Shown here: one piece after another, positions 1-12,209 of the stretch
How positions within the stretch are numbered: the stretch's first letter is position 1
Layout: each line of letters begins with the position of its first letter
Assembly (NCBI GenBank): GCA_951406725.2
Contig: OX597820.1
Coordinates: 25,606,001-25,670,000, forward strand
DNA from: Octopus vulgaris
Lineage: Eukaryota
Direction of reading: 5' to 3'
DNA: 64,000 bases
Made by a program: the position numbers and the translations under genes
Notes under the pieces: model-generated
Told to the model about the DNA's origin: nothing
Databases searched by the model: none
The model's input: the letters and a program-made list of their open reading frames with translations, nothing else

Positions 1-566
1 CCATGGAATCTGGATTAAGTTCTGACCAGATGAATCCTAGGGTTCGTGGCAGACCTGTGATAATAAAACAGTTAATCAGGACTGATCTGAGCTTAAACAA
101 TAATCTGGAGGGTAAGGTGGTCTTATTGATTATCAATCTATTCAAGTGACTCTATAAAAAGCTGTTGCCTTTCTCAATAATATCAGAAAGGAGTGCTTTC
201 AACTATTCCCAGTAACTCTTTTTTCTCTTGCTGGTCCCTTTTGTACAGCAACAACAACAACTTTGTAGAGGTCATGCTAATGAGGTAGTCCCATGTGGTA
301 GCTTGCCTTGCTTGGAATAGTAGTTAAATTCTCTTTACACTGCTTTCTTCATGAAGGACACATTGAATATAATGTAGTGCTCGAAACACTTTGAAAATGT
401 AACAAAATAAGAGATAGGATCATTATGACTATGATGTCTATTTGATCAGGACTGACCTGGGGTTAAACAACTACAACAACATGAACCTATTTAGGATCAA
501 GGATAGATTCATGGTACCTACATAAATCCATTCAAGTAACACAGTAAGGGCTGATGCCTTCCTTAA

Positions 567-789
567 CCCTTTTGTTACCAACCCGGCTGAAACTGGCTCT
601 GGCTCTGTAGTACAAATGTCTTGTTTTCATTAAGTTTTGAATTAAAATCTTCCACCAAACCTTAGTCACAATTTATGTTCCTAACACTAGCTGAATGATA
701 ACTAAGTTATTTTACTAAATTCTTTGTTATATTTATAATTAATGGAAAGAAACACAGAGCATCTCAAAATAAATACAGTAACGAAAGGG
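567..789. mobile_element. piggyBac-type MITE family 1
   Basis: TTAA|CCCTTTTGTTAC...GTAACGAAAGGG|TTAA. Related copies at 35763-35984, 23119-23318 (reverse) and a partial at ~4270-4470. Confidence 0.8.
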
Positions 790-1679
790 TTAATGATGTC
801 ATAAAGAAATAGCTTCAACTATTCCCAACAGCTCACTCTCTCCATTGTCATTGCTTACATAACACAGCAACAACAGCTGTTTTCTGAACCCTTTACTGCA
901 ACATTCTGTATTTTTTGCTGCACAGTATCAGTGCATAATTCGAAGCAAGGTGGGTGGGTGGGGTTGGAATATTTGTCATCTTTGTGCTTCACATCTGATT
1001 CAGAAGTTGTCTTTCAATCCAAGCAACACAAAACAAAACCATCTACAGGAATAGACCACCTATTTCCAGTGAACCATGTCCACAGCTGTTGATAGAATTT
1101 ATAATAATCACTACTGCACATATAACGATTCCAGTTCTGTTATTAGTGTTTTAACCCTTTCACAGTTTCCGCTGTTTTTTGGTAGCACTGCGTAATGGGT
1201 GGCTAAACATTTATATATATTTTAAGCATAGCCACGGCTTTATGTGCTTGCTCTTACATACAAGTTCATAGTTGCTAATGATACTATGTAATGCATACTA
1301 GCTAGTTCTCTCAAGTTCAGTTACATTTCATAATATACTGTTAGTAATACATTATGTAGTACATACTCACCATCTCTTTCAAGTCCAAACTGCTAAAATA
1401 CATACAAATATTGTAGGTATTACATTATGCAATAACTGCAGGCATTGTATAGCCAAATGGCTTACGACTTTGCTTCACAACCAGAAGGTTTGGGGTTTGA
1501 TTCCATAATGTGACACTTTGGACAAATATCATTTTATATAGCTTTGGGTAAACCCGTTATGAGTAAAATTTCATATACATGTATCATACAATCTTCCTTT
1601 CATTCAGAGAGAGACCTTTGCTTGCCAACAGAAGTAAAAGCTCTCTAAATTTTCACCATCCTATTCTTATTCTAGCAAT

Positions 1680-1950
1680 TCTAGGGATGTTCTGTGCATC
1701 CTCCCCCACAGCTAGTTAAGTTCCCTAGGTAACAGAAATTATCCAATACCTCTAAAGAGCCTCTGGAGCATTTGAGAAAATCAGTTTCTAAATGTCTGTA
1801 TTTTTTTTTATAGTTTCTGTGCATCTTCAACAAACAAACACTACCTTCTCTGATAACCCAATTATTCCACTGAATCACTGTGTCCGTAGCTTGCAATGCG
1901 TACACCTTATGGAATTCCTGCCTACACCTTTCCTACATATCGAGCAGAGC
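1680..1950 (-). mobile_element. RTE-clade LINE fragment
   Basis: Cys-rich CSICRKGVGRNSIRCTHCK followed, after a frameshift, by LEVLDNFCYLGNLTSCGGG (RT C-terminal FxYLG motif). Confidence 0.75.
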
Positions 1951-2507
1951 TATTTACTTGATGTGGGGTGGGGAAGAAATTTGCTTCCCAACTACATGGT
2001 TCCAGGTTCAGTCCCACTGTGTGGCACTTTGGGCAAGTGTCTTCTATTGTGGCTTTGCGTCAACCAAAGCCTTGATTCTGCCAACTCAAATAATAATAAT
2101 AATCCCTTCTGTTATAGGCACAAGGCCTGAAATTTTGCTGGAGGGCATTAGTCAATTACAGTGACCCCAGCGCTCAACTATAACTTTTTTTTAGCAACCT
2201 AGAAAGGATGAAAGGCAAAGTTAACCTCGGCGGAATTCGAACTCAGAATGCTGAGTATTTTGTCCGGCGCAGTAGCGATTCTGCCAATTTGCTACAGTAG
2301 TAGTAGTAGGAGTAGGAGGAGTAAATAATTAAATAAATTTGTGATATAAATGCATTAAAATTAAGGACGCGGTAGTCGCGGAGTGTGCAGAGTTATGATA
2401 ATGATTTGGAAGACTCTGTATGATCATGGACTGCTACACAATTAGGACATCGAATCTTGCCATTGCCAGTGTACTGTAACAAGAAGGAGAGATGCTCTAC
2501 TTGCTTC

Positions 2508-2545
<38 letters not shown>

Positions 2546-2735
2546 ACCACGTGGAAAGTTAAAAATAATGTAGTCTCTGTTTTTAAATTGAAAGGAATGA
2601 TACAGTTTGGTGGAGAAATTAGGCCAGTATCCCGGGGATACTTACAATTTATAGATGTGTATGTGTATATATAGATGCATATAGATAGATAGACAGACAG
2701 ACAGACACATGCACAGGCTGATACCCCCCCCCACG

Positions 2736-2772
<37 letters not shown>

Positions 2773-3165
2773 GTATATAGGTGAGAGAAAATGAGTTAAG
2801 AAAGTACATATTGAAGATGCAAAGCAAGATTTTGTGAGAAGCTAAAGGCAGATAGACATTGAGATTCTTTTTCTGCTGGAGTTTAGCATTATGATGGGTT
2901 AATGGTACTTAAGTCTGTGATTAAACATAGCCTTCAAATCCTCACACACACACACACACTCTCTCTCTCTCTTTCTCTTTCTCTCACTTACAACTGTATA
3001 TAAATTATTGCAAACCTTAATCTATGTCTAAAAATGGAACCAGCAGATTTAGCCCAATTATTTACATTATGAAAAAGGAAAAATGAATGGGGTTGGGTAA
3101 AAGAGTTCCATTTTTTTTTTATTTTTTGACCTTTCATTGAACATGCCATTTACTGTTGTTATTGA

Positions 3166-3388
3166 TCTTCTTCTCCTTCTTCTTCTTCTTCTTCTTCTTC
3201 TTCTTCTTCTTCTTCTTCTTCTTCTTCTTCTTCTTCTTCTTCTTCTTCTTCTTCTTCTCCGTCTTCTCCTTCTTCTCCTTCTTCTTCTCCTTCTTCTTCT
3301 TTTTCATCTTCTTCTTATTCTTATTCTCCTTCTTCTTCTCCTTCTTCTTCTTCTTCTTCTTCTCCTTCTCCGTCTTCTTCTTCTTCCT
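3166..3388. repeat. (TTC)n microsatellite
   Basis: Long pure tract followed by an interrupted TTC/CTC tract; explains the poly-L and poly-F ORFs. Confidence 0.97.
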
Positions 3389-4143
3389 CTGGTGATATTT
3401 AGCAAATACAATTTTTTTGTTTTTGAATGTTATCTTGCAGTATCAAATTATATTAGTTAGGTTTATGATGTTTTACAAAAAAAATAATAACGACAAATGG
3501 AGCACAATCTCTGATATTGCACTACTTGTCACGGGTTTTGTGTTCATATGTTACACTTGAAAGCGAATCAAAAGTTGTTGTTTCTGACAGAATCATAAAT
3601 CGAAAAAAATGTTTTCCATTTGCAAAAAAGTGAACGAGTTTTCCTAAAGTGAATGTTTTATTGTAGATTCTTAATACAAAATATAAATGGATTTCAGTAA
3701 TTTCTTCATACAAGCACAGGCGTATCTTTGTAGTAAGAAGTTTGCTTCCCAACCACATGCTTTCAGGTTCAGTCCCACTGTGTGGCACCTTGAGCAAGTG
3801 TCTTCTTATAACCTAGGGTTGAATGGATTTGGTAGACAGAAACTGAAAGAAGCTCATCATGTGTGGTGGGAGGTGGGGGGTAGTTGTTTATCCTCCATCA
3901 CCATCTGACAACTGGTGCTGGTGTGTTTACATCCCTGTAACTTAGCAGTTTGGCAAATGTTACTTATAGAATAAGTACCAGGCTTATTGACTCTATTATT
4001 GTTTAGTGTAACAATTTAAAAATGATAATAACAGAATCAATAATATAAGTGATTGCAGGCCCAAAAAAGCATTAAGTAGCTGAAGGAAATAACAGCCAAA
4101 AGTCTTATTTATTTAAAAATAATTTTTTTTTAAATATACAATA

Positions 4144-4225
4144 CAGTACTGTTTCTACTTTGCGGATTTTCACCTATCATGGGGGGTTTTGGAACGTAAC
4201 ATCCATAATAGTTGAAGGATTACTG
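4144..4225. mobile_element. Tigger/pogo-like mini-MITE
   Basis: TA|CAGTA...TACTG|TA termini, 82 bp. Confidence 0.4.
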
Positions 4226-6928
4226 TATTCTTTCACACTTTTGCAAATTTTTGCACTAGAAATTTCATTCTCACTTGAGATTTAACTCTTTTACTAGCAT
4301 AACTCTACTGAAATACACTACCTTTGCTTCAATATATTTTGTAAATAACGAAGAATTCAATAAAATAACTTTGTCATTGTTAAACTGTTGTTTGGAACAT
4401 AAGTCAACATGAAATCTAAAGCAAGGAGTTTGTATCATAGAACCTGGTTTCTGATGGGTTGGTATCAAAAGAATTAAACAACAACATCCACTAGGAAACA
4501 AAACTGAAAATGTGAAGCAACAGGAAAAAGAATTGGAGAATATAAGCAAAAGGTGAGAAAAGGCTAAAGAGAGAAAAAAAGAGAAATCATAAGATGAAAA
4601 TCAATGAATATGAAGAAGCAATATGGCCAAGTGTGAAAATGCTGGCTACTTAGGGTATCAAAGAGAAAAATCAACAGATATGGAGAAAACATGGGCACTG
4701 AACAGTCAGCTGATTATATGTATCATCAACAGGAGGAGAGAGAGAGAGAGTGGAGAGAGAAATTCAATGAAATAATGGGAATACAGAACAGCAAGCAGAA
4801 TATAAGGAATGACTTGAAGAAAGGAATTGAGTATGATGAGAAAATACAAAGAATGGTTGCTTAATTTAAGAAGTGTTCAAAGAGAAAAGGCATTATCAGA
4901 GATTATTTGGAGCTTCTATCATACCACAACAGAATTAACAACTTGCAGTTGAACCATACAGCATCAGAGAAATGGACAGCACCTTTCTCTTCATTGTTGC
5001 TCTTTGTGATTCAGAAATGAACCTCTAAACAATTGCCATAACATTAAAAGTACATTCCCTCTGCTGCAGTTTTATCCTGATGAGCAAAAACTACTTTTTG
5101 ATGAGAAACTTAATGATTTCAGGAAAATATCCAGAATTATTACTGTGCAGTTTCTTGTGTTCCATTTGGTGTAAAAATTGTTTCACCGCAAGAAAAAAAA
5201 ACTTTATTGTTTTAAAATCTACAGATAGACATGTCATCCTCCTTCTCTGTTCATGGAAAATTATTACCCAGTATACAGTCAACTTTACATTATTGAAGCT
5301 AATGAAGCTTTTACATTACAGAATAGAAGAACCTCAAAATTTAGAATGTTCATCTAATGTAACAAACACAATACAAGGAATTATGGTTTTTCACACCTTG
5401 TGCATTTAACTCTATGCAAATATGTATTTGGGAGAGCTGTAAGGACAGGCACATACAGTTAGGGAAAATACAGTTCCCTATAAATATGAACTGCACTTCA
5501 GATGGAGCTCCTAATATCAGGTACAATTTTCCTACAAGTAATGAAGTCCTTCTCCACCTAGAAAATAGACGTCATTATCATCATCATCATTACCATTTTA
5601 ATGTCCACCTTTCAGTGTTTTCATGGGTTGGTCAGAGATTATTGAGGTAAATTTTTCTATGGCCAGATGCCCTTCTTGTTGCCAACCCTCACTTGTTTCC
5701 AAGCAAGGTAGTATTTCTTGTGGCCAGACATGTTTTTGCAAACTATTGGAAATGAATGACACTGTTTGTCTGACAGTGTCACTCATAACTATCATACAGT
5801 GCCAAAACAAGGACACACACACATACATATACACCATAGAGCAAGTTCCTTTCGGTTTCTGATTACCAAATCCATTCAAAAGGCTTTGGTTAGTCCAGCG
5901 CTATAATAGAAGATTCTTGCCCTTCATGCTGAAACCAAAAACCTTGTGGCTGGGAAACAAACCCCTTAACCATGTAACCATGCCTGTGCTTATTATAGTT
6001 CATAAATCATCCAAGAAAATACATCACCAACAAGGATCTTATATTTATCTTACCATCAAACCTCATTGTGTTACTCTCTTGTTACTCAATGGTGAGCTTG
6101 GATGACACAATGATACACAGCATGCTGAAGGACAACCAACCATTGTTCAAAATAAGACATATATGCAAAAGAGTTCTGCTGCTATCATCTCTCACAGAGG
6201 TAGCTTCAGTGTCGTTTATGATTTTTCAACAATAGGTACAGGTGTGGCTGAGTGGTAATAAGAAAACTTCAGTATTCACTACCTGTATGTATTTTGTCAC
6301 AAAGGTGATGACAAACCAAGAATCAATCTGGCAGGAACGTTAGCACCCTGGCAAAATGCTTAATAGTATTTCGTCTGCCGTTATGTTCTGAGTTCAAATT
6401 CCGCCGAGGTCAACTTTGCCTTTCATCCTTTCGGGGTCGATAAATTATGTACCAGTTACGCACTGGAGTCGATCTAATCGACTTAATCCCTTTGTCTGTC
6501 CTTGTTTGTCCCCTCTATGTTTAGCCCCTTGTGGGCAATAAAGAAGTAAGAATCAATCTCTTTGAATGAGAGCCTTGTGCTTTGTTGGCCCAAGTACAAC
6601 AGCAACAAAGGAATTGTGTAGCTCTCCAATTCAACCTGTTTCTTTGTCCCACCTTCAATGTTAAAAACTGAGGACAATATGCTCTAAACCATTCTTCAAA
6701 TTGTGGAAGAGTATTTCCCTACACATTATCTAGACTACCTCTAATTGTTCTTTTGAGCATAAGGAATTTTACTTTCTTTTAGTAATGAATAACTCTTAGA
6801 GGCCAGTTCCTCTTTTTGCACTTTTGAATGAAAAGATCTGGCAATATGACACCTGTTTTAGTTACAAACTCTGCCAAACAATTTATATCTTGATTAAGTA
6901 GTTCATGGTTAAGATCTGCCTGTCAATG

Positions 6929-7237
6929 GTTTTTTTTTTATTTTATGCGCCCTTTTCAAGCCTAGCCAGGTTCATGGGCCCGGTTTCAATTGCGTATGCG
7001 TTTACCCCCAGCTGGACGGGGCGCCAGTCCATCACAGCGTTACTCAAGAAACAGGAAGAGAGAGTGAGAGAAGGTTGGGGCAAAAGAGTACAACAGGGGT
7101 TGCCACCACCCCCTGCCAGAGCCTCGTGGAGCTTTAGGTGTTTTCACTCAATAAACACAACGCCCGATCTGGGAATCGAAACCGCAATCCTCTGACTGCA
7201 AGTTCGCTGCCCTGACCACTGGGCCATTGTGTCTCCA
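6929..7237 (-). mobile_element. tRNA-derived SINE (V-SINE-like) with 11-bp TSD
   Basis: TSD GCCTGTCAATG at 6918-6928 and 7238-7248. On -: A box TGGCCCAGTGG, B box GTTTCGATTCC, block GATGGACTGGCGCCCCGTCCAG and an A-rich tail. Confidence 0.85.
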
Positions 7238-7997
7238 GCCTGTCAATGATGGCTTGAACAAAGTTAAAACTGCTGTCTTTTGTGCTATTTCCTTTGTTTA
7301 ACAAGTATGCATGGGTGCATTGTTAACCTCAGATTATATGATGCAAATTTGTGTTTTTGGATATTAAATTCTGACTGCTTATACTTGAAAATGTATGTTT
7401 GTTTTATTATAGTTTTTTCCTGCTTATTTTTTTTTATTTTTATTTTGCTTATCTTTTTTTGAATTGATTTTTGTAAGTATGAAGATTAAATTACCATTTT
7501 CTTTCAGAGAGGCATAGTCAGTGTTACTCCCTTTCTTGTAACTAACTCTCACTGTTCCGCTAGTGGAAGAAGCCATGTTGAAAACAATTGCAAACAACAA
7601 AATTTCAGAAAAGAATTAAAAATGATGTTTAAGATAAGCCTTCAGTCTACCTCAGGTAACAAGGTAGACATGTTGACATGCTAGCACTTCCTGTTTGTAA
7701 AATTGAAAAAATTATTTTCATCCAGTAAAACTCGTTAATAATCCAAAACTTCTTCGAAAGTTTTAACAATCAAGCACAAAGTCTAATAATAATTCTTTGT
7801 TATAAGTTAAATAGAAAAGAAAGAAATGTAGACACCGGAGTTACAGACGTATAGGGATGGAAAAAATCATATAAAAAATGTTGTATACAAACCCTTTATA
7901 TCTTTATATTTTATTCTTTTAAATTATTTATTTAATTTTTCGAAAGATTCATATCGAAGCAAAAACATTGTTTACCAATTTCTTTCTTTCCTTCCAG

Positions 7998-8170
7998 GTT
8001 GCACATTTTGATGAGTGGAAGCAGGGGAGCAACCCATTGAGCCGTCTGTGTCACACATGTCAAATTGTCAAACCAATGCGTGCAAAACACTGTAGAATTT
8101 GTAACCGCTGTGTCCGAGAATTTGATCACCATTGTCCATACATTTACAACTGTGTGGGTTATACGAACAG
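7998..8170 (+). CDS. DHHC palmitoyltransferase (ZDHHC13/17/Patsas-like), DHHC-CRD exon
   Basis: Acceptor ttccag|GTT, donor AG|gtaaat. Translates [57 protein letters not shown](R), a canonical DHHC cysteine-rich domain. No upstream exon found in 1-7997. Confidence 0.95.
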
Positions 8171-8767
8171 GTAAATACTCCACAAGAATTGTCTCAATGC
8201 TGTTCTTATTTTTTTTCAGTCTCCATACAGTGGTTTTGTTGTTCTTGTTCTTATTTTAGTAGTGTTTTTTTCTTTTTGCCCCACTTTAGCTCTGATCAAA
8301 TCAAATAGACCTAGGAATCAAATGCACTGTTACCTGTATTTGAGATACATTTACATAACCTAATTTGCCCTTTTATAAGAAGACAAGGTATGATTTGAAG
8401 AAAAATCGACTTCTATTTCTAATAGAAACCAGCTAATTGGCTTGTTTTGGAAGTTTGGGGGGATGATAAGTGCAAAATTGTTTTTCATAATTTCTATTTC
8501 TTTACAATGTCAGGGCCAGACAGATGTTTCTTTTTGCAAAATTTCAGATTTGCATTTTGACAGAGCAAGTGTTTTCCCGATAAGAATCTCTCTCTGCCAC
8601 TAACCACTAATCACTGTATACACTTTGTAGTATGTCTGTATAGTTTCTGCACACTCTATTCTATATTCCCCTTATATATGTATATATGATGATGATTTGG
8701 TCAGTAGTTCATATATCCAAACAGAAGCACACTCTGAAACATTAGAGCAGTAATATTTAGAAGGTTA

Positions 8768-9405
8768 AGGCAGCGGGCTGGCAGAAACATTAGCACACCG
8801 GGCGAAATGCTAAGTGGTATTTCGTCTGTCTTTATGTTCTGAGTTCAAATTCCTCCGAAGTCGACTTTGCCTTTCATCCTTTCAGGGTCGATAAATTAAG
8901 TACCAGTTGCACACTGGGGTCGATCTAGTCAACTGGGCCCCTCCCCCCAAATTTCAGGCCTTGTGCCTAGAGTAGAAAAGAATATTTAGAAGGCAGTGAG
9001 CTGGGAGAAATGTTAGCACACCGGCAAAATGCTTAGCAGTATTTCATCTGTCTTTATGTTTCTGAGTTCAAATTCTGCTAAGGTCGACTTTGCTTTTCAT
9101 CCTTTCAGGGTCGATAAATTAAGTACCAGTTGCATACTGGGGTTAATCTAGTCAACTGGGCCCCTCCCCAAAAATTTCAGGCCTTGTGCCTAGAGTAGAA
9201 AAGAATATTTAGAAGGCAGTGAGCTGACAGAAATGTTAGCACACCGGCAAAATGCTTAGCAATATTTCGTCAGTCTTTATGTTCTGAGTTCAAATTCTGC
9301 CGAGGTTGACTTTGCCTTTCATCCTTTCAGAGTCGATAAATTAAGTACCAGTTGCATACTGGGGTCAATCTAATCAACTGGCCCCCTCCTAAAAAATTCA
9401 GGGCC
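8768..9405 (+). repeat. Three head-to-tail copies of SINE family A in DHHC intron
   Basis: ~220-bp unit repeated three times, with junctions GAAAAGAATATTTAGAAGGCAG. Confidence 0.9.
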
Positions 9406-9506
9406 TTTCGACTTGATCAAAGGATGTCAATATTGAAAGAAAACTGCTTAAAACAAACACACTTTCTGCTCTTTCACTAATTCCTTGGTCTGTCTTCTAA
9501 TTTCAG

Positions 9507-9672
9507 GGTTTGGTTTTTTGGTTTTGCCAGTTCCATTGCACTGATGTGTGCCATAACCGATTACTTGTGTTACTACATGCTTAAATATCATGAATGGAAT
9601 TGGCTTGTTGTCATTGGCTTCTGTCAATCTGGTATCTTTACGTTTGTTGCTGGAGTCATCCCCGTCATGACA
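9507..9672 (+). CDS. DHHC palmitoyltransferase, transmembrane exon
   Basis: Acceptor tttcag|G, donor ACA|gtaagt; phase matches the previous exon. Translates (R)VWFFGFASSIALMCAITDYLCYYMLKYHEWNWLVVIGFCQSGIFTFVAGVIPVMT, two hydrophobic helices. Confidence 0.9.
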
Positions 9673-9690
9673 GTAAGTACTTCACATATC

Positions 9691-9751
<61 letters not shown>

Positions 9752-9804
9752 CCTCTCTCTATGTATATGTGTGTGTGTGTGTATATATATATATTACTCT
9801 CTCT

Positions 9805-10012
9805 CTTTTACTTTTACTTGTTTCAGTCATTTGACTGTGGCCATGCTGCAGCACTGCCTTTAGTCGAGCAATTCGACCCCAGGACTTATTCTTTGTAAGC
9901 CTAGTACTTATTCTATCGGTCTCTTTTGCCGAGCCGCTAAGTTACGGGGACATAAACACACCAACATCGGTTGTCAGGCAATGGTGGGGAGGACAAACAC
10001 AGACACACAAAC

Positions 10013-10055
<43 letters not shown>

Positions 10056-10210
10056 TATGACGGGTTTCTTTCAGTTTCCGTCTACCAAATCCACTCACAA
10101 GGCTTTGGTCAGCCCAAGGCTATAGTAGAAGACACTTGCCCAAGGTGCCATGCAGTGGGATTGAACCCGGAACCATGTGGTTCATAAGCAAGCTACTTAC
10201 CACACACCCA
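9805..10210 (-). mobile_element. SINE family B, antisense in last DHHC intron
   Basis: Reverse complement of 54020-54480. Confidence 0.9.
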
Positions 10211-10476
10211 CTCATACATCTATATATATATATATATATAAAATACAAAATGGGACAAGAACGCAAAACATCCAGAAGACGATACAAAAAACACGGACTG
10301 GTCATTTGGAGCCTTTAATCTTCAGTCAAGAACTGGATCATCCAAGCAATTTCGGCTGATTAATTTTTGTATATTTCTATATACGTTTTGTATATATATT
10401 TTATATATTTATGAATTTTTGTATATTTCTTTAATTTCATTTTTTTTTCTTTTCCTTTTCTGTAATTTTTCTTCAG

Positions 10477-10671
10477 ATAATCCATGCTGCTATGAACCTA
10501 ACCACCAACGAAAGAATAAACTACCGGCGCTGTTACTACCTTAAAGATGGCAAGGGTAATTTCTACAACCCGTACAACCAGGGATTAAAAAACAATATTC
10601 TAGAATTTCTTCATTTAAGACATCCACAGCGTCTGCAGGACCTGGAAATTCTGAATATGGATATTGTATGA
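10477..10671 (+). CDS. DHHC palmitoyltransferase, terminal coding exon
   Basis: Polypyrimidine tract plus cttcag|ATA. Translates IIHAAMNLTTNERINYRRCYYLKDGKGNFYNPYNQGLKNNILEFLHLRHPQRLQDLEILNMDIV*, with the TTxE motif and the NPYNQG..N..EF PaCCT motif. Not in the ORF track. Confidence 0.93.
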   Translation: MIHAAMNLTTNERINYRRCYYLKDGKGNFYNPYNQGLKNNILEFLHLRHPQRLQDLEILNMDIV

Positions 10672-10962
10672 ATGTGCTGTGATGTACACTGCAAAGTATA
10701 ATAAATGTGTGGGTGTGTGTGTGTGAGTGTGTATGTGTGCGTGTGTGCATGTGCAATGTTCCAGTGGATTTATATGTAGCCATGGGTACCTCTTACATTC
10801 ACATATAAGCCTACTTACATGTCCCTGGATGTTCTGCGTTTACTATGGTTCCAACTTTCTGATTGCAAATTAAATATCTTATATATCACTTGGTACGTCC
10901 GTGATCAAGTATATGAAAGTACAGCCGGAGTTACAAAACAGAAGTGAGTTTGTATGCATAAG

Positions 10963-10965
10963 AAT

Positions 10966-10968
<3 letters not shown>
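10963..10968 (+). promoter_or_regulatory. Candidate proximal polyadenylation signal for the DHHC gene
   Basis: First AATAAA after the stop at 10671; several more occur downstream. Confidence 0.25.
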
Positions 10969-10996
<28 letters not shown>

Positions 10997-11518
10997 ATGT
11001 CTGTGGAAGCAGTCGCTCTGTCCTTCATACATTTGTATTGGATAGGTGGGGAGGAACAACAAAAACACTAATCGTTTTGTTGTGTCTTTATTACATGATG
11101 TTGTAGTGGTATGTAATAGGTAACGACCGCAGAGGTCACAGCTTTACAGTACTACCTCATGTCAGTAGTAGAAAAGATTGCCTACAGAAACTTCGGGTTG
11201 TTTCTGTAATAAATCGTTGCTTGAATTTTCACTATTGTCGCTACGAATATCCACCTGATGATGCTAATAGTGATAGTCATAACAATTTACCTTCCCTCCA
11301 GCTCTTGCACTATGTTGTATATTATGACAATTCACTTGCTGGGAACTATGACAAATTACAAATTCGGAGATGCAAAGTATTTTTCATTTAGTTGGGTACA
11401 TTGATTTAACATGAAAATTTTTCCTGTATGTCTTTGCAAATATTTTGGAAGGATGTTTTAAGCATCTGAAAGAGTTAATCACAAATTATTATTATTGTCC
11501 ATTAACATTTTAATTTAA

Positions 11519-11739
11519 CCCTTCAGCATTCAAATTACTCTGTCAAATGTAATGCTTATTTATACACATCGTTTTGAAATAATCATGCATTATCTCATAG
11601 CTTCAAAATTTTAACGGCGTGATTGTTTATTTTCAGAATGACATTGTAGGGTATGCGTGAGAGGCCAAATTCGGCCAGGTTGAACATGACACAAGGTAGA
11701 ATATTTGGGCCAGATATGGTCAGTTTAAATGTGAAAGGG
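11519..11739. mobile_element. piggyBac-type MITE family 2
   Basis: TTAA|CCCTTCAGCATT...AATGTGAAAGGG|TTAA. Copies at 22071-22286, 24411-24616 and 53726-53945. Confidence 0.8.
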
Positions 11740-12134
11740 TTAAGTGATCTTAAGTAGATGAAAATTATTTTTCTTTATTGGATTCGAATTTCAGTTACAT
11801 TCATCTGGTCTCTTTTCTTTTTTTTTACTTCCTGCAATGAATTGTCTTAAAACAAATATAATCATATTACTGACAATGTCTCCCCCTCCCCTCCGACGTA
11901 TATCCTGAGCCTTGATTTGTTTAATTGCTGTTAATCACATTTTTTTTTTTTTCAAAAATAAAAACAAGGATGTTTCTCGCTATTTAGACAAAAAATAAAT
12001 ATCAGGAACTCTGAGCAGCTAACAGCATTTTCAGTATTATAATTTATAATTTGTTTTCACCCCACCTCATTATTTTTTAATATGCTATCAGAGCAACTGC
12101 ACCCATATATATGTATATATATATATACATATAC

Positions 12135-12209
<75 letters not shown>

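Noticed and set aside
3137-3460. Poly-Leu and poly-Phe ORFs
   Set aside because: They are translations of a (TTC)n microsatellite.
4500-4990. Purine-rich segment resembling decayed LINE coding sequence
   Set aside because: No diagnostic motif could be read in any frame.
11180-11285. Small hairpin and CTGATGA in the DHHC 3' region
   Set aside because: There is no downstream GAAA or stem III, and no convincing SECIS or snoRNA layout.
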